NCBI GenBank assembly: GCA_965140445.1
Contig: OZ223236.1
Span: forward strand, 1,568,001-1,632,000
Origin: Candidatus Ozemobacteraceae bacterium
Lineage (GTDB): Bacteria; Muiribacteriota; Ozemobacteria; Ozemobacterales; Ozemobacteraceae
Length of the DNA stretch: 64,000 bases
Reading direction: 5' to 3'
Shown: one piece after another, positions 9,981-20,293 of the stretch
How the letters are laid out: each line of letters begins with the position of its first letter
Position numbering within the stretch: position 1 is the stretch's first letter
Notes under the pieces: generated by a model
Told to the model about the DNA's origin: nothing
What the model saw: only the letters and a program-made list of their open reading frames with translations
Databases searched by the model: none
Program-made: the position numbers and the translations under genes

Positions 9981-10991
9981 ATGAGAAAAGTAAAAGAGAA
10001 ATTAGCGGTTGTTCTGACTGTATTAGCATTTTTGTCTATCGGTCCTTCATGTGTGTCTGCACAGAAGGCAGGTTATTCAGCAGCTTCTCAGCAGCCAATG
10101 ATAATTGGCCTGGTAGATTTAGCAGCGGTTATAGCATTTCATCCTGCCATGCGTAATTTTGATTATCACGCAAAAAAATTTGTGCGGCCATGGAACGGAA
10201 GAAGAACGGTTACCGGGAAAGAAGCATGGGAGCAAAACCGCGCATTAATAATTAAGATAAAAGCGATTGAAGCCAAGATCGAAAAGCAGATTCAGGTTGT
10301 CAATCGTTCTCTAAATGAATTTTTTAAAAAGAAAATTTCAAAGTCAGAGAAAGAATCTTCCGTTGAGACCTTGAAAAAAATGAATAAAGCTAAGACCGAA
10401 ATGCTTGCAGAATTAACAAGAAAAACGGTTGGAATGTTTCCTGAAAATGATTTTGTAGATGCAGACGCTAATACTGGAAATTTGATCATGAACGAAATCA
10501 GAAGAGCGGTTTACGATGTTTCTGTGAGAAATAATGCCGCGTTTGTTTTGAACACTTCTCAGACTGCGGTATCTGGCGCTGATTCTACCAAAATGCTGCC
10601 CCCAGCAAAAGAGAACGCAAAAAGCCTCTTAGATAGATTTAATATTAAAAACCTTGAAGATCTACGAGGTCTGGTTTTTGAAACGGGCAGTAACAAAAAC
10701 GCTCCCATCGGAAAGCCACCGGCCAAAATGGGTTTCAGAAAAGGTGGTTGTGGCGAGCACTTTGATCAGATAAAAGATCCTGCTCATTTGCAGGTTTTGA
10801 TGGATGAATACTATCAAAACAGAGATGTGTTCAGCACAGCATTGAAGAATTTTGGATCGCAGAACTTTCTTTTGCAAGGCCGCTCTGCGATTGTTGAAAA
10901 AAATCTTACCCCAGAAGTTGTTCAATATATTCTTGAGTTGCATAAAACCAGGAATATTGTGAGAGAATCGACTTTTAGAGCTCTGAAGTAG
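9981..10991 (+). CDS. secreted protein, possibly OmpH/Skp-like
   Basis: Signal peptide; IGLVDLAAVIAFHP start, coiled-coil middle and VSVRNNAAFVLN segment echo the OmpH layout. Confidence 0.45.
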   Translation: MRKVKEKLAVVLTVLAFLSIGPSCVSAQKAGYSAASQQPMIIGLVDLAAVIAFHPAMRNFDYHAKKFVRPWNGRRTVTGKEAWEQNRALIIKIKAIEAKIEKQIQVVNRSLNEFFKKKISKSEKESSVETLKKMNKAKTEMLAELTRKTVGMFPENDFVDADANTGNLIMNEIRRAVYDVSVRNNAAFVLNTSQTAVSGADSTKMLPPAKENAKSLLDRFNIKNLEDLRGLVFETGSNKNAPIGKPPAKMGFRKGGCGEHFDQIKDPAHLQVLMDEYYQNRDVFSTALKNFGSQNFLLQGRSAIVEKNLTPEVVQYILELHKTRNIVRESTFRALK

Positions 10992-10993
10992 GA

Positions 10994-13900
10994 ATGCCCA
11001 GGAGGTTGACTATGCGTAGAAGTTTTTCCCTGATTCTAGTGTTAATCTTAAGTATGTGTAGCGGTTCATTATTTGCTGCTACCAATTTTTATCGAGAAAA
11101 TAGAAACGGTAAGGTATTTGTGCTCCAGGTCGATCCTGACACTGGCATAGAAACTGTTTTTAATGCAGATAAAGATAAAATCTTCCTGGCTCCAAGAGCT
11201 CAAAGATTGACTGTAACTCCAACTGCCGGATGGGGGGATTACACAAATAATACCGATCCTCTTGGAAACAGCCTTCCTGCAGGAGAAATTGCCGGTGATA
11301 AAAACGGTATTATTACTCTCCGCAGAAGTGCAGATCTTTCAAAAATGGTCTATGAAATCTACGCAGGCACAAAGCTTATTCACACCATTCTTGATGGAAC
11401 AAGAGCTAATTTCCCGGACAACTACGATATTTCCTGTAGCCAGTTTATTGGAAAAAACAAAGGTGTTTTACGCGTTTATTTATATTTGTCATCCTACAAG
11501 GATTGGGGACCGACCCTATTCAGGCTTGAATTTAACAGCCTGATACTCCAGAAGAAAAGAATAAAAAACCTTAGCGGAACCCATAATCAAGATTGGTCAA
11601 GCAGTCTGGTTCAGCTTTCTGGAAATATGAGTAACGCTCAGACAATTGAAGTAAATGCAGCGGGCAATGACGAACGGGATCTGCTTGTTTTTGAACCCTC
11701 AAGAAAATACTCTTTACAGCATCTTTGGGATGCCTCAAAAAATAGCGGAGTTTGGGGAATCAACTATTTGATGACCGACAACCATGTTTACAAAGCCAAG
11801 GCTTCTACGCCACTAACTTCAAATGCAGCAAGCATGAACGAGATTTTCGATGTTTCTGTCGATTTGGGAAATGCCTATGCTGATACGATTGAATACGTGA
11901 GAAGTTATTACAACATTGGCTTGACCTTTGTATGGCTGAACCACAACTCAAACGGCACTTTTAATAACATGCGTTATGAGATAAAAGATCCGGTTGGGCA
12001 AGAAGCCGAAATTCGAAGCGGTGCTTATAATGGTGGGTTGATTGATAAATGGAAAGTTAATCCGAATCCTACAATACTTGGGCACAATACTACAGCGCTT
12101 TATGGGTTATCCTGTAAAAATGCTTTAAGCGGGAAAAAGCTAATTGTATACGAACCGGTTTATAAACTTAATCAGGCCGGAATAGATGAGAATGAATTTA
12201 CAGACAATGACCGAAACAATGTTCCAGATAATTTTGATGGCGATGGAAAAGGATATTTTGGTTACAGACCAAATTACCTGATCGACATAAACGCTGGTTC
12301 AACACTTAGTTCTGATTATGTACTTGATTTTGTTATCGCCCATGAATTTGATTTAACCGGCAAAACCGCAAACGATGAATTTGTCTATCAGGAATTGGCT
12401 GTAGAAAGAGCCCCTGACCCTGATCCTACAAAGCCTTCCAGTTTTATTGCCGGCGATGAAATACATATTCGAATTGGTAACATCTGGCATCGTGACCCGG
12501 ATGTTTATGGTGAATACAACCAGTTTGGCTGGAATGCCGGCGAGGGAAATTCAATCTTTTTCTATGTAGGATCTCCGGGAAATGCTTATAATACGCAGAA
12601 TGCCGCGGTTAGAAGAAACTCGGGAAAAATTCTGGGCGTAGAGGTTGTCGGGACTTCCAACGCAACGGCAGATTATTTTGGCGTAGTTGGAAACGATGAT
12701 TGGGCGTCAGGGCAGGGCGATCTGTATTTCTTGTCCCGAAAATATGGTGAGTATATTAACCCGAAAATAGTTCAGAGTAACACCAGTTTGGTTCCACCTT
12801 GCACAGGTTATGGCCTTTGGTGGAAATACCAATACCAGAGAAAAACGTTTTATGGACTGTCTCAGACATATTGGGTTGGAACAGAGCCGCATACACAATG
12901 GATTAATGATAGCAGCTTCTTTATTGGTAACTCAGTGTATTCACAGAAAGTTTACACCGTAAACTGCGGATGCAGAGGCCTGAGATACGATAACTTTGAG
13001 TTAGAAGAGGAAGCGTCTTCACCGATTTTAGATTTCTCAATGATAAATATTGGGGCTCCACCGTTTTTGGATGGAACCATTGCCCCAACCATTGTTGCCA
13101 ACCTTGGAAGTGCTGTAATTAAGCCGAATACTCCAGTTTCTTTCACGGGAAGTTATGCTGATCCAGCTGCTTTGATTGATCCGGCAACGGTTAAATTCAG
13201 ATATGTAATCTTGAATGACAAATTTAATGACACTGACCCTTCAACAGATTCAGATCTGGTAATTGACTCCCTTGTTGAAACTGGTGACTACCTGACTAGC
13301 CCAAACTGGGAGTATGTATTCAAGGATTCAGATCTGGGCGGAAACTCAGTAGCGACTTTTGTTGTTTATCTAGGTATTAAGTTTAAATACAATGATTACA
13401 CAAGTATGGCCTATCCTTACTATTCATGGTGGGATCTGCCACTTACAGAGAAGTTTGCATGGAGTAATTCTAACGGAGGTTCATACTTTGATGGCCAAAT
13501 GCATGGCTTTTATGGTTCTCCTTTAAGAATTACGGTTAACACCACAGATGCTCTAACACCTGAAAACCCGCTTATTATTACTTCGGTTTCGGCAAACACC
13601 AATAAGTCGATTAATTCTTCGGACTTTAAGAGCGGACAGGTGAAGGGCGATCAGGGAACAGATATTAAGCTTAAAATTGATGGAAAAATGCGCTTTTTGT
13701 CTGAAATTCCCAACCCGAAGGAAAGCAATTATGACAAAATGGGTGGGATTATGCCCTGGCCTTATGGGCTTCCAGGTGTAACAAATAACTATAGAGTAAG
13801 TCTTGATGCAAGTGGATACCAGTTTAACCACGCAAATTCAACGAGCTTTACTATGGCGGAGTTCAATAAAGACTTGCGAGGGGTAAAATACGCGATTTAC

Positions 13901-15559
13901 CTTAAGGCCAGAGTTAAAACTAAAACTGGTGAAGTAAACTATACAAAAACAACTCCTACCAATGTTACGCAGCATCTGCTCTATGACGGAGCCAGCCCTT
14001 CATCTATCGACGGTTGGCAGGAAATAGGCTCTGGCACCCTCGATAAGTTTTACAATAAAGAATATCACCCATTATTTGCTGCTGATCAGCCAAATATAAA
14101 TATCACCGCGAAAGGTGATGGAACTGGAGTTAGAAACTTTAATTTCTCAATTATTACTCCAGAATTCAAGATTCCGGTTCCCCTGGATAATGGCAATGAT
14201 GGAAATCCTCTCGGTGATTATCAGGTAAAAGTAGGATTTAGATATCCTGTAGGTGCCTGGAGCCAGATCGAAGTGCAAAACTATGATTCAAGTCAGATTG
14301 TTAAGAGCTACAACTGTAATAAAACTTTGGATCAGACAGTAACGAGCGACAGCATTCCTGAGAGCAAGAATGTTAAGCTGAGAATTTTGGATAAAGAAGG
14401 ACCTGTTCTTGAAGCATTTGCTTTTGATCCAGATTCTTCCTCCGGCGATCCAATACCTGCGTCAAATCAAAATTTACGTATGGTTGATAACAATCCTCAC
14501 GACTATTTAAAACGTGGAAGCTTTCCATTAATTAAGTTTGCATATGGAATCGGTAAGGATAAGTTCCTGAATATTCAGAATGAAGCTGGAGATTCTCCTT
14601 CTGATACAGGACTTGGATTCGATTTAAGTCAATTTGATGTGGCAGGCAACTTTGATGCGGGAACCACCATTCAAAATCATGATGGGCAGAATTGGGCCTG
14701 TATAAATGGAGCTGCTTTATCATCTTATTCAGTTTCTGTTTCAGCTTTTCCTGGAATTTGCCCTATAACCTATGAGCCATCTTTCAATAAGTATATTGCG
14801 GCAAATAGCCTTTATCAGTCCGCCTTTAATCCAAATCTGTTTAATTCAAAATGGTATCTTTATGGTGGAACAACTCTTCCATATTCGGAAAATCCGGCGG
14901 ATTATCAGATTTTTGACGGAAGTAACAATGTTCTGGATTTCTCTAAGTCTGTATATAAAGGCGTGACCAAAGTTTATAATAATGATTCGCCAAATGTTAG
15001 AGTAATCCTGTCTGATTCTGCTAATTTAAACCTTTTGATAGAAGTCAGAAACGGAATTAAAGATACGACTTCTGCAATGGATGTTAGAAGAATTAAGATA
15101 ATTGATCTGAAGACTAATACAAAGCTTTACGAAGCTACTTACAAGTCGGATAAAGCACCGCTTTCAGTTAAAACAACTCCGCTAGTTGAAAATTATTTTC
15201 TGGATTCAATGGTTGCCGGATCACCAAGTATAACAGTCTTATCGCCATTTTCTGGTGAACTGCCAGTCAAAGTTGTAGCCGACTCCAGATTTAAAATTAC
15301 AGGAGAAGCTTTTGACAACGCAAATGCCGCTCCTGTAGGAGTTACATTTAGCATTAATGATCCCAAAATTAATCTAAATGGATCTGGAAAAGTCTCTTAC
15401 ATCTTTAGGGGCGGACTTGAAGGGCAAAATTACAGAGTAATCGCTACTTCTAGTGATGATACTGGTAACAAGGTTGTGATTGAAATCCCGATTACAATTG
15501 TCGGTGCAAAGGATATTAACATTAGGACGCTTGAAGAAAACATAAGAAAGCAGTTCTAG
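10994..15559 (+). CDS. very large secreted beta-rich protein (candidate pilus-tip adhesin)
   Basis: 1521 aa; signal peptide (LFA|A, probable start 11012); rich in N/D/S/T/G/Y; last gene of the minor-pilin operon. Confidence 0.6.
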   Translation: MPRRLTMRRSFSLILVLILSMCSGSLFAATNFYRENRNGKVFVLQVDPDTGIETVFNADKDKIFLAPRAQRLTVTPTAGWGDYTNNTDPLGNSLPAGEIAGDKNGIITLRRSADLSKMVYEIYAGTKLIHTILDGTRANFPDNYDISCSQFIGKNKGVLRVYLYLSSYKDWGPTLFRLEFNSLILQKKRIKNLSGTHNQDWSSSLVQLSGNMSNAQTIEVNAAGNDERDLLVFEPSRKYSLQHLWDASKNSGVWGINYLMTDNHVYKAKASTPLTSNAASMNEIFDVSVDLGNAYADTIEYVRSYYNIGLTFVWLNHNSNGTFNNMRYEIKDPVGQEAEIRSGAYNGGLIDKWKVNPNPTILGHNTTALYGLSCKNALSGKKLIVYEPVYKLNQAGIDENEFTDNDRNNVPDNFDGDGKGYFGYRPNYLIDINAGSTLSSDYVLDFVIAHEFDLTGKTANDEFVYQELAVERAPDPDPTKPSSFIAGDEIHIRIGNIWHRDPDVYGEYNQFGWNAGEGNSIFFYVGSPGNAYNTQNAAVRRNSGKILGVEVVGTSNATADYFGVVGNDDWASGQGDLYFLSRKYGEYINPKIVQSNTSLVPPCTGYGLWWKYQYQRKTFYGLSQTYWVGTEPHTQWINDSSFFIGNSVYSQKVYTVNCGCRGLRYDNFELEEEASSPILDFSMINIGAPPFLDGTIAPTIVANLGSAVIKPNTPVSFTGSYADPAALIDPATVKFRYVILNDKFNDTDPSTDSDLVIDSLVETGDYLTSPNWEYVFKDSDLGGNSVATFVVYLGIKFKYNDYTSMAYPYYSWWDLPLTEKFAWSNSNGGSYFDGQMHGFYGSPLRITVNTTDALTPENPLIITSVSANTNKSINSSDFKSGQVKGDQGTDIKLKIDGKMRFLSEIPNPKESNYDKMGGIMPWPYGLPGVTNNYRVSLDASGYQFNHANSTSFTMAEFNKDLRGVKYAIYLKARVKTKTGEVNYTKTTPTNVTQHLLYDGASPSSIDGWQEIGSGTLDKFYNKEYHPLFAADQPNINITAKGDGTGVRNFNFSIITPEFKIPVPLDNGNDGNPLGDYQVKVGFRYPVGAWSQIEVQNYDSSQIVKSYNCNKTLDQTVTSDSIPESKNVKLRILDKEGPVLEAFAFDPDSSSGDPIPASNQNLRMVDNNPHDYLKRGSFPLIKFAYGIGKDKFLNIQNEAGDSPSDTGLGFDLSQFDVAGNFDAGTTIQNHDGQNWACINGAALSSYSVSVSAFPGICPITYEPSFNKYIAANSLYQSAFNPNLFNSKWYLYGGTTLPYSENPADYQIFDGSNNVLDFSKSVYKGVTKVYNNDSPNVRVILSDSANLNLLIEVRNGIKDTTSAMDVRRIKIIDLKTNTKLYEATYKSDKAPLSVKTTPLVENYFLDSMVAGSPSITVLSPFSGELPVKVVADSRFKITGEAFDNANAAPVGVTFSINDPKINLNGSGKVSYIFRGGLEGQNYRVIATSSDDTGNKVVIEIPITIVGAKDINIRTLEENIRKQF

Positions 15560-15572
15560 ACGCAGCTTGGAT

Positions 15573-15607
15573 AAAAAAGCTGGAGAGGCGACTCTCCGGC
15601 TTTTTTT
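15573..15607. terminator. intrinsic terminator
   Basis: A6-GCTGGAGAG-GCGA-CTCTCCGGC-T7. Confidence 0.85.
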
Positions 15608-15628
15608 ACTGCTGGAAGGTAAAAAAAA

Positions 15629-16060
15629 ATGGTTATTTTAAGATTTTTTATCGGTTTACCTTGTATCATCCTTGGTTTGCTGATGTTCAAAGGAAGCCTG
15701 GGAGAACTTTTTTCAGCCGATGGCCAGATACATTTTCCAACTTTTATAATGGCTATTATCTGGTTTTTACAGGGTGTTTTTTGCCTGAAAAGTAATCCAA
15801 AAGGTGTTTTTCAGTTTATTGTTGGCGCGTTTTGTTTATTCATGGGACTTGCGACTTTAAACACCCTTGTTTTAAATCGCGGCACAGGAATTTTGCTGTT
15901 TGGGTTTGTTTTTGTTCTGGTGGGGTTAAATTTCTTAGGTTACTTTAGAGGAAAAATCATTTCTAAAGAAGCTATTCCAGATCCTATTCAGGATCAGGAG
16001 ATCGACATGCATGATGAACAGAGCCATTCGGATGAGTCTGGCGGATATGACAGAGGATAA
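15629..16060 (+). CDS. small 4-TM membrane protein
   Basis: Four hydrophobic segments and an acidic tail. Confidence 0.65.
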   Translation: MVILRFFIGLPCIILGLLMFKGSLGELFSADGQIHFPTFIMAIIWFLQGVFCLKSNPKGVFQFIVGAFCLFMGLATLNTLVLNRGTGILLFGFVFVLVGLNFLGYFRGKIISKEAIPDPIQDQEIDMHDEQSHSDESGGYDRG

Positions 16061-16064
16061 AGTT

Positions 16065-16706
16065 TTATATTCCTTCAGCTCTCAGCATGAGTGAAATAGT
16101 CTTTGAGATAGTGTTAAAGTCTTTTTTTAGAATTTCAATAATACTGTGGTTCAGGCAGAAATACATGTAGTCTTCATCCAGCGACAGGTCGCCATGGTTT
16201 TCGCTCCCTTTTGCCGCCTGTACTCCGCCGGTTAAGCCCGCTTTCTGCAAGGCCTTGGCGTAGTAACCATAACCAAGAATTTCATTGTACTCTTTAATAG
16301 GATTTGGTCTAGGACCAACAAAGACCATATCGCCTTTGACTATGCTAAATAGCTGTGGGAGCTCATCAAGGTATATTTGCTTTAAAAGACCGCCTAAAAA
16401 TAAGGGTTGCCCTGAGCTGCTGGAAGACAGGAACTTGTAAAGGGTGAAAGTTCTTCCCTGGGTGAACCTTTCTTCAATGAAGAATGGGCAGGTCAGTTTC
16501 TTTTCAGCAATTAGCAGCTCAGCTGCAATTACAAAAGTAATAAGGGTCAGAAGTGGTAACAATAATAAAAATGCCAACAAGGCTATGATCTGGCTTGCTA
16601 CATAGTAAATTCTGAGTTTTTTGTTAAGACTCTCTCTTATGATTTTTTGTTTTTTTATGTCTATTTTCATTTTTCTTTTGTTTAAACGAACTAAATTCAA
16701 AGCCAT
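16065..16706 (-). CDS. bacterial sugar transferase (monotopic phosphoglycosyl transferase)
   Basis: F.LYKF, LDELPQLF..VKGDM.FVGPRP, GLTG..Q motifs. Confidence 0.85.
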   Translation of the reverse strand: MALNLVRLNKRKMKIDIKKQKIIRESLNKKLRIYYVASQIIALLAFLLLLPLLTLITFVIAAELLIAEKKLTCPFFIEERFTQGRTFTLYKFLSSSSSGQPLFLGGLLKQIYLDELPQLFSIVKGDMVFVGPRPNPIKEYNEILGYGYYAKALQKAGLTGGVQAAKGSENHGDLSLDEDYMYFCLNHSIIEILKKDFNTISKTISLMLRAEGI

Positions 16707-16745
16707 GTGCCTTTACTGGTCATAAATTTGATTGGATCGCCTCAT

Positions 16746-17126
16746 TTAAAACTGCCCGGTTTTTAACATTACCAGAGTGCAGCCTTGAACTACGTTAAAG
16801 CCTTTTTTTCTGAGGTAATCCATTAACTCCTGATTTTCTGTTCCAGGATTAAAAATTATCCTTGCTGGATTTAATTTTTCAATCTGGCTTTCATATCCAT
16901 CCAAGTGTTCTGGTGACAGGTAAATGGTTAGGGTATCAATTGACTCTTTTACCAGTGAAAGGTTTTCTAATACTGGAATTTTTTCGATAGTTTCAGCAGT
17001 CAGGTGAATCGGAATAACTTTGTGTCCGTAATCAGTTAAAGATCTTACGGCCATATTTGAGTAACGCTCAGGATTGGGGCTTGCCCCTAAAACCACTACA
17101 GTCTCAGATTTTGATTTACTATTCAT
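16746..17126 (-). CDS. CoA-binding protein (YccU-like)
   Basis: VVLGASPNPERYS...IIFNPGTEN...CTLVML. Confidence 0.9.
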   Translation of the reverse strand: MNSKSKSETVVVLGASPNPERYSNMAVRSLTDYGHKVIPIHLTAETIEKIPVLENLSLVKESIDTLTIYLSPEHLDGYESQIEKLNPARIIFNPGTENQELMDYLRKKGFNVVQGCTLVMLKTGQF

Positions 17127-17246
17127 AATAAGCCTCTTAACAAAAACATAATTTTGCTAAAAAGGTAAACAATCTGCCTTCAAAAACAAGTTAGAGTTTA
17201 AAGACAGCTTTGGAGACAGCTTTAAATAGCCTTGTCAGGAGAGATT

Positions 17247-18053
17247 TTAAATGAAAATTTCAGGCTCTCTTCGATTTGAACATTTCTCAAACAGCATGGT
17301 TCTAAATTTTGGAACATGCTCTGAAATGATTATGCGTGCGCGACGCTTGCAGACTTTAACGCATGCACAGCAGACGGTGCAAAGCTCTGCAACAGTTTTG
17401 TAGCCATTTTTAAAGAAAATTGCTCCTGTTGGACATGCCGTTTGGCATTCACCGCATTTAATGCACTTGTTTGGTGCTGTTTCTGTATGAGAATCAGGAA
17501 TAATGCGACGTTCTGGAAGGGGAAAAGCACCGGGCAGATTTAGGTCGATTTTGTCAAAGTCTGGTTCCAGAGTTTTTAACTTTTCTCCGATTTGTTTGCC
17601 GAATTCTACTGCCGCCATTTTGTCATCTTCATCTGGACGGCCTTTTGCAATTGGAAAGTCCCTGGTAGAGTAAGAATGCTCACCAATGAAAGCTGCAGCA
17701 GCTATCGGACGAAGACCAGCTTTGATGGCTATTTCCCTTAAATGGACTAAAGCATCGTCGTAATGACGGTTTCCATAGACTGCCACTAATACGCAGGGAT
17801 TACCTGCAAATTTGATCTGGGAAAGTCTTTTTTCAGCTTCAGCCGCTATCAATCCCGCATAAACTGGAGCAGCGATTATAACGACGTCATCAGCTTTAAC
17901 TTCTATCAGCGCTTCATCATAACCAGGGTAAGTGAGGTTGTTTTCAATTATTTTTAACGGCTCAATTCCTGTTCCAGCTGCGATATTGCTGATGATTTTG
18001 TGAGAAGTGTGTGTGGGGGAGTAAAAGAAAAGACTTAGCCTATCAAAATTCAT
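17247..18053 (-). CDS. flavodoxin-fold plus 2x[4Fe-4S] ferredoxin protein (EFR1-like)
   Basis: YSPTHTS, PVYAG, VYGNRHYDDAL; CIKCGECQTACP and CTVCCACVKVC; probable start MNFD at 18053. Confidence 0.85.
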   Translation of the reverse strand: MNFDRLSLFFYSPTHTSHKIISNIAAGTGIEPLKIIENNLTYPGYDEALIEVKADDVVIIAAPVYAGLIAAEAEKRLSQIKFAGNPCVLVAVYGNRHYDDALVHLREIAIKAGLRPIAAAAFIGEHSYSTRDFPIAKGRPDEDDKMAAVEFGKQIGEKLKTLEPDFDKIDLNLPGAFPLPERRIIPDSHTETAPNKCIKCGECQTACPTGAIFFKNGYKTVAELCTVCCACVKVCKRRARIIISEHVPKFRTMLFEKCSNRREPEIFI

Positions 18054-18214
18054 TGGAACTCCTGAGTAGATGAATGAAAAATATTTTATACAGAGTAAAC
18101 CTAATCCGGCCAACTGGCAATAAGGGGAATTTTTGTTATTTAGTTTTAAAGTTTTTCCAAAAAAAAGTGGAACTTTCTGTCAGAGGATTTGTCTAATTCT
18201 GAGCGAGGTGAAAA

Positions 18215-18898
18215 ATGAAAATCAAGCATTATGCCAGAGTGTTGTTTCGTGAGTGGATTCTTCCACTTTTACTGATTATTGCAATAACAAGTCCTTTAAA
18301 ATCAGCTATTATAGATATGAATTACGTTCCCTCCGGATCTATGAAGCCAACTATTCTCGTTGGTGATAACCTTTTGATAAACAAGCTTGCGTATGATCTA
18401 AAGGTTCCGTTCACAACTTCCCATATAGCTAAATGGGGTGACCCTGTTCGTGGTGAGATTGTGGTCTTTTTTGGCCCGAAAGATGGTGTTCGTCTTGTTA
18501 AGCGTGTTGTTGGAATTCCCGGAGATAGAATTCAACTCAAAAACAATCATTTGATAATCAATGGAAAAGCGCTGAACTATAATCCCGCCATTTCTAACGA
18601 CCTTGATCCTGAGGAAGGGCGTCGCGTAGTTTGTGCCTTTGAGAAGCTTGGTGCCGTAGATCACCTGGTAATGGAGCAACCTTTGATCTGTGCGTTGAGA
18701 GATACAAAGGAAATTATTGTGCCCGCTGGCCATTATTTTATGATGGGTGACAACCGCGATAATAGCAAGGATTCAAGATTTTTTGGCTTTGTTCCCAGAG
18801 CCAATATTGTTGGTCGAGCAGAAAGAATCATTTATTCAAAACTGCCATGGAAGCTTTGTTTACCAAGGTGGGGGAGATTTTTTAAAGGGCTTATTTGA
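18215..18898 (+). CDS. lepB: signal peptidase I
   Basis: VPSGSMKPT (Ser), LVKRVVGIPGD (Lys), MGDNRDNSKDSR. Confidence 0.95.
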   Translation: MKIKHYARVLFREWILPLLLIIAITSPLKSAIIDMNYVPSGSMKPTILVGDNLLINKLAYDLKVPFTTSHIAKWGDPVRGEIVVFFGPKDGVRLVKRVVGIPGDRIQLKNNHLIINGKALNYNPAISNDLDPEEGRRVVCAFEKLGAVDHLVMEQPLICALRDTKEIIVPAGHYFMMGDNRDNSKDSRFFGFVPRANIVGRAERIIYSKLPWKLCLPRWGRFFKGLI

Positions 18899-18987
18899 TT
18901 AGGGTTTAACATTATTGGTTAAGAAAAGCTCGAATATTTGTTTGTGCTATAATTTGAGAATCCAAGCTTAAAAATAGGAAATTCTAA

Positions 18988-19794
18988 ATGAAATTTCTGC
19001 TGATAACCTTTTTCTCAATTTTGCTCTGCGTTACCGCATTACACGCTGATACTCAATTGCCAGCACTTTCAAATGATGATGTCCTGGGAACAGTTGGTTA
19101 TTACAGGTGGAGATATAATGATTTTATGTCCCGTCACCAGCACCTTGCCGAGCCTGATCCTGATAGGATTCCTGACTATTACCTCGATTATGGAGAAAAA
19201 TATATTAAAAGATTCTCCAACGTTCTTTATCCAAAGCTTTCTGAAAATGGTAAGAATTGGCTTGTTGCGGCACGTTTGAATTTGCAGTTAGCAATAGAAA
19301 ATCGCTGTAAAGCAAATAGGGCGGAGTTTGCGCGACTCGAAGAAAATCCCGTAAAGTTCAGAAAATTTGCTTTTGATACTCATCCTGGAGCTTATCTTGA
19401 TGCTGGCTTAGAGAATCTTCCTCTGTCAGATTTAATTAAAATTGGTCTCACTCCTGATTTCAAGGACTTAATTTCAAAAGATGGAGTCTCACAGATTTTT
19501 GCAATTTCCAGAAAACTTGGAAAAGGCTATTTAAAAAAAGTTTTTGCAGTCATCAAAAATGCTTACAAGTTAGCCCGCAATGAAATTAGAAATGGAAATC
19601 CAGAAGATGCCCTGGCCGCTGTTAATTACTTAGAAACACTATCATACAAGGACAGGGTAATTATAGGGATTCTCACCGGCAATTACAGAAAGATGTTGCA
19701 GGATTGTAAATTCATGAGCAGTCACTCTATTGATTCAACAGCTTACACTGATCTAATCGAGCGATTAGAATATCTAAGAAGTTTGAATAAGTAG
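18988..19794 (+). CDS. secreted hypothetical protein
   Basis: Signal peptide (LHA|D); PDYYLDYGEKYIKRF...LQ...AFDTHPGAY motif. Confidence 0.7.
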   Translation: MKFLLITFFSILLCVTALHADTQLPALSNDDVLGTVGYYRWRYNDFMSRHQHLAEPDPDRIPDYYLDYGEKYIKRFSNVLYPKLSENGKNWLVAARLNLQLAIENRCKANRAEFARLEENPVKFRKFAFDTHPGAYLDAGLENLPLSDLIKIGLTPDFKDLISKDGVSQIFAISRKLGKGYLKKVFAVIKNAYKLARNEIRNGNPEDALAAVNYLETLSYKDRVIIGILTGNYRKMLQDCKFMSSHSIDSTAYTDLIERLEYLRSLNK

Positions 19795-19821
19795 AAGCTT
19801 AATTGTTTTCATAGTCCATTG

Positions 19822-19850
19822 TTGACAAGCCAGGTGGGAAAAAGTAACAT
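19822..19850 (+). promoter_or_regulatory. sigma-70 promoter directly abutting the ORF at 19860
   Basis: TTGACA-N17-TAACAT; the -10 box ends 9 nt before the ATG. Confidence 0.65.
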
Positions 19851-19859
19851 TTTTGTGTT

Positions 19860-20258
19860 ATGAAGTCTTACAAAAATAGAATTGTAAAAGCTTTTGGATT
19901 TATTCTCGCCATACAATTTTGTCTGTGGTCGATTATTTTTTCTTTTCATAACGCATTCGGCCATGAAACGCACTCTGGCAATGGCATAAGTGTCAGCCAT
20001 TGCTGCCACGAGCATTCATTTCATTGCCCAAATCAAGATTTTCAGAGAAAGATTCAGTCTATTGAACATATTGGTTCGGAAGAATGTAATATTTGTGCTT
20101 TTGCATCTCAACTTAATTCTTGTAGTTTTTCGTCTGTTGAAAACGGACTTTCTATTTTTGGTTCTGTTCGCGCAATTAACTTTTATTTATTTGCAAAAGT
20201 TGATTCTGACTATCTTCAGACTAATTCTCGTTCTCCACCTCAAATGATTGTTTCCTGA
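19860..20258 (+). CDS. DUF2946/CruR-like His/Cys-rich upstream regulatory peptide
   Basis: N-terminal TM segment, His-rich tract, CNIC, C-terminal RSPP; lies directly upstream of the metal uptake operon. Confidence 0.7.
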   Translation: MKSYKNRIVKAFGFILAIQFCLWSIIFSFHNAFGHETHSGNGISVSHCCHEHSFHCPNQDFQRKIQSIEHIGSEECNICAFASQLNSCSFSSVENGLSIFGSVRAINFYLFAKVDSDYLQTNSRSPPQMIVS

Positions 20259-20293
20259 AATTTTTAAACAATCTATATAGTTGAGGTTTTACC

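Noticed and set aside
17202..17223. AGACAGCTTT direct repeat (2 copies)
   Set aside because: Too short and too few copies to interpret.
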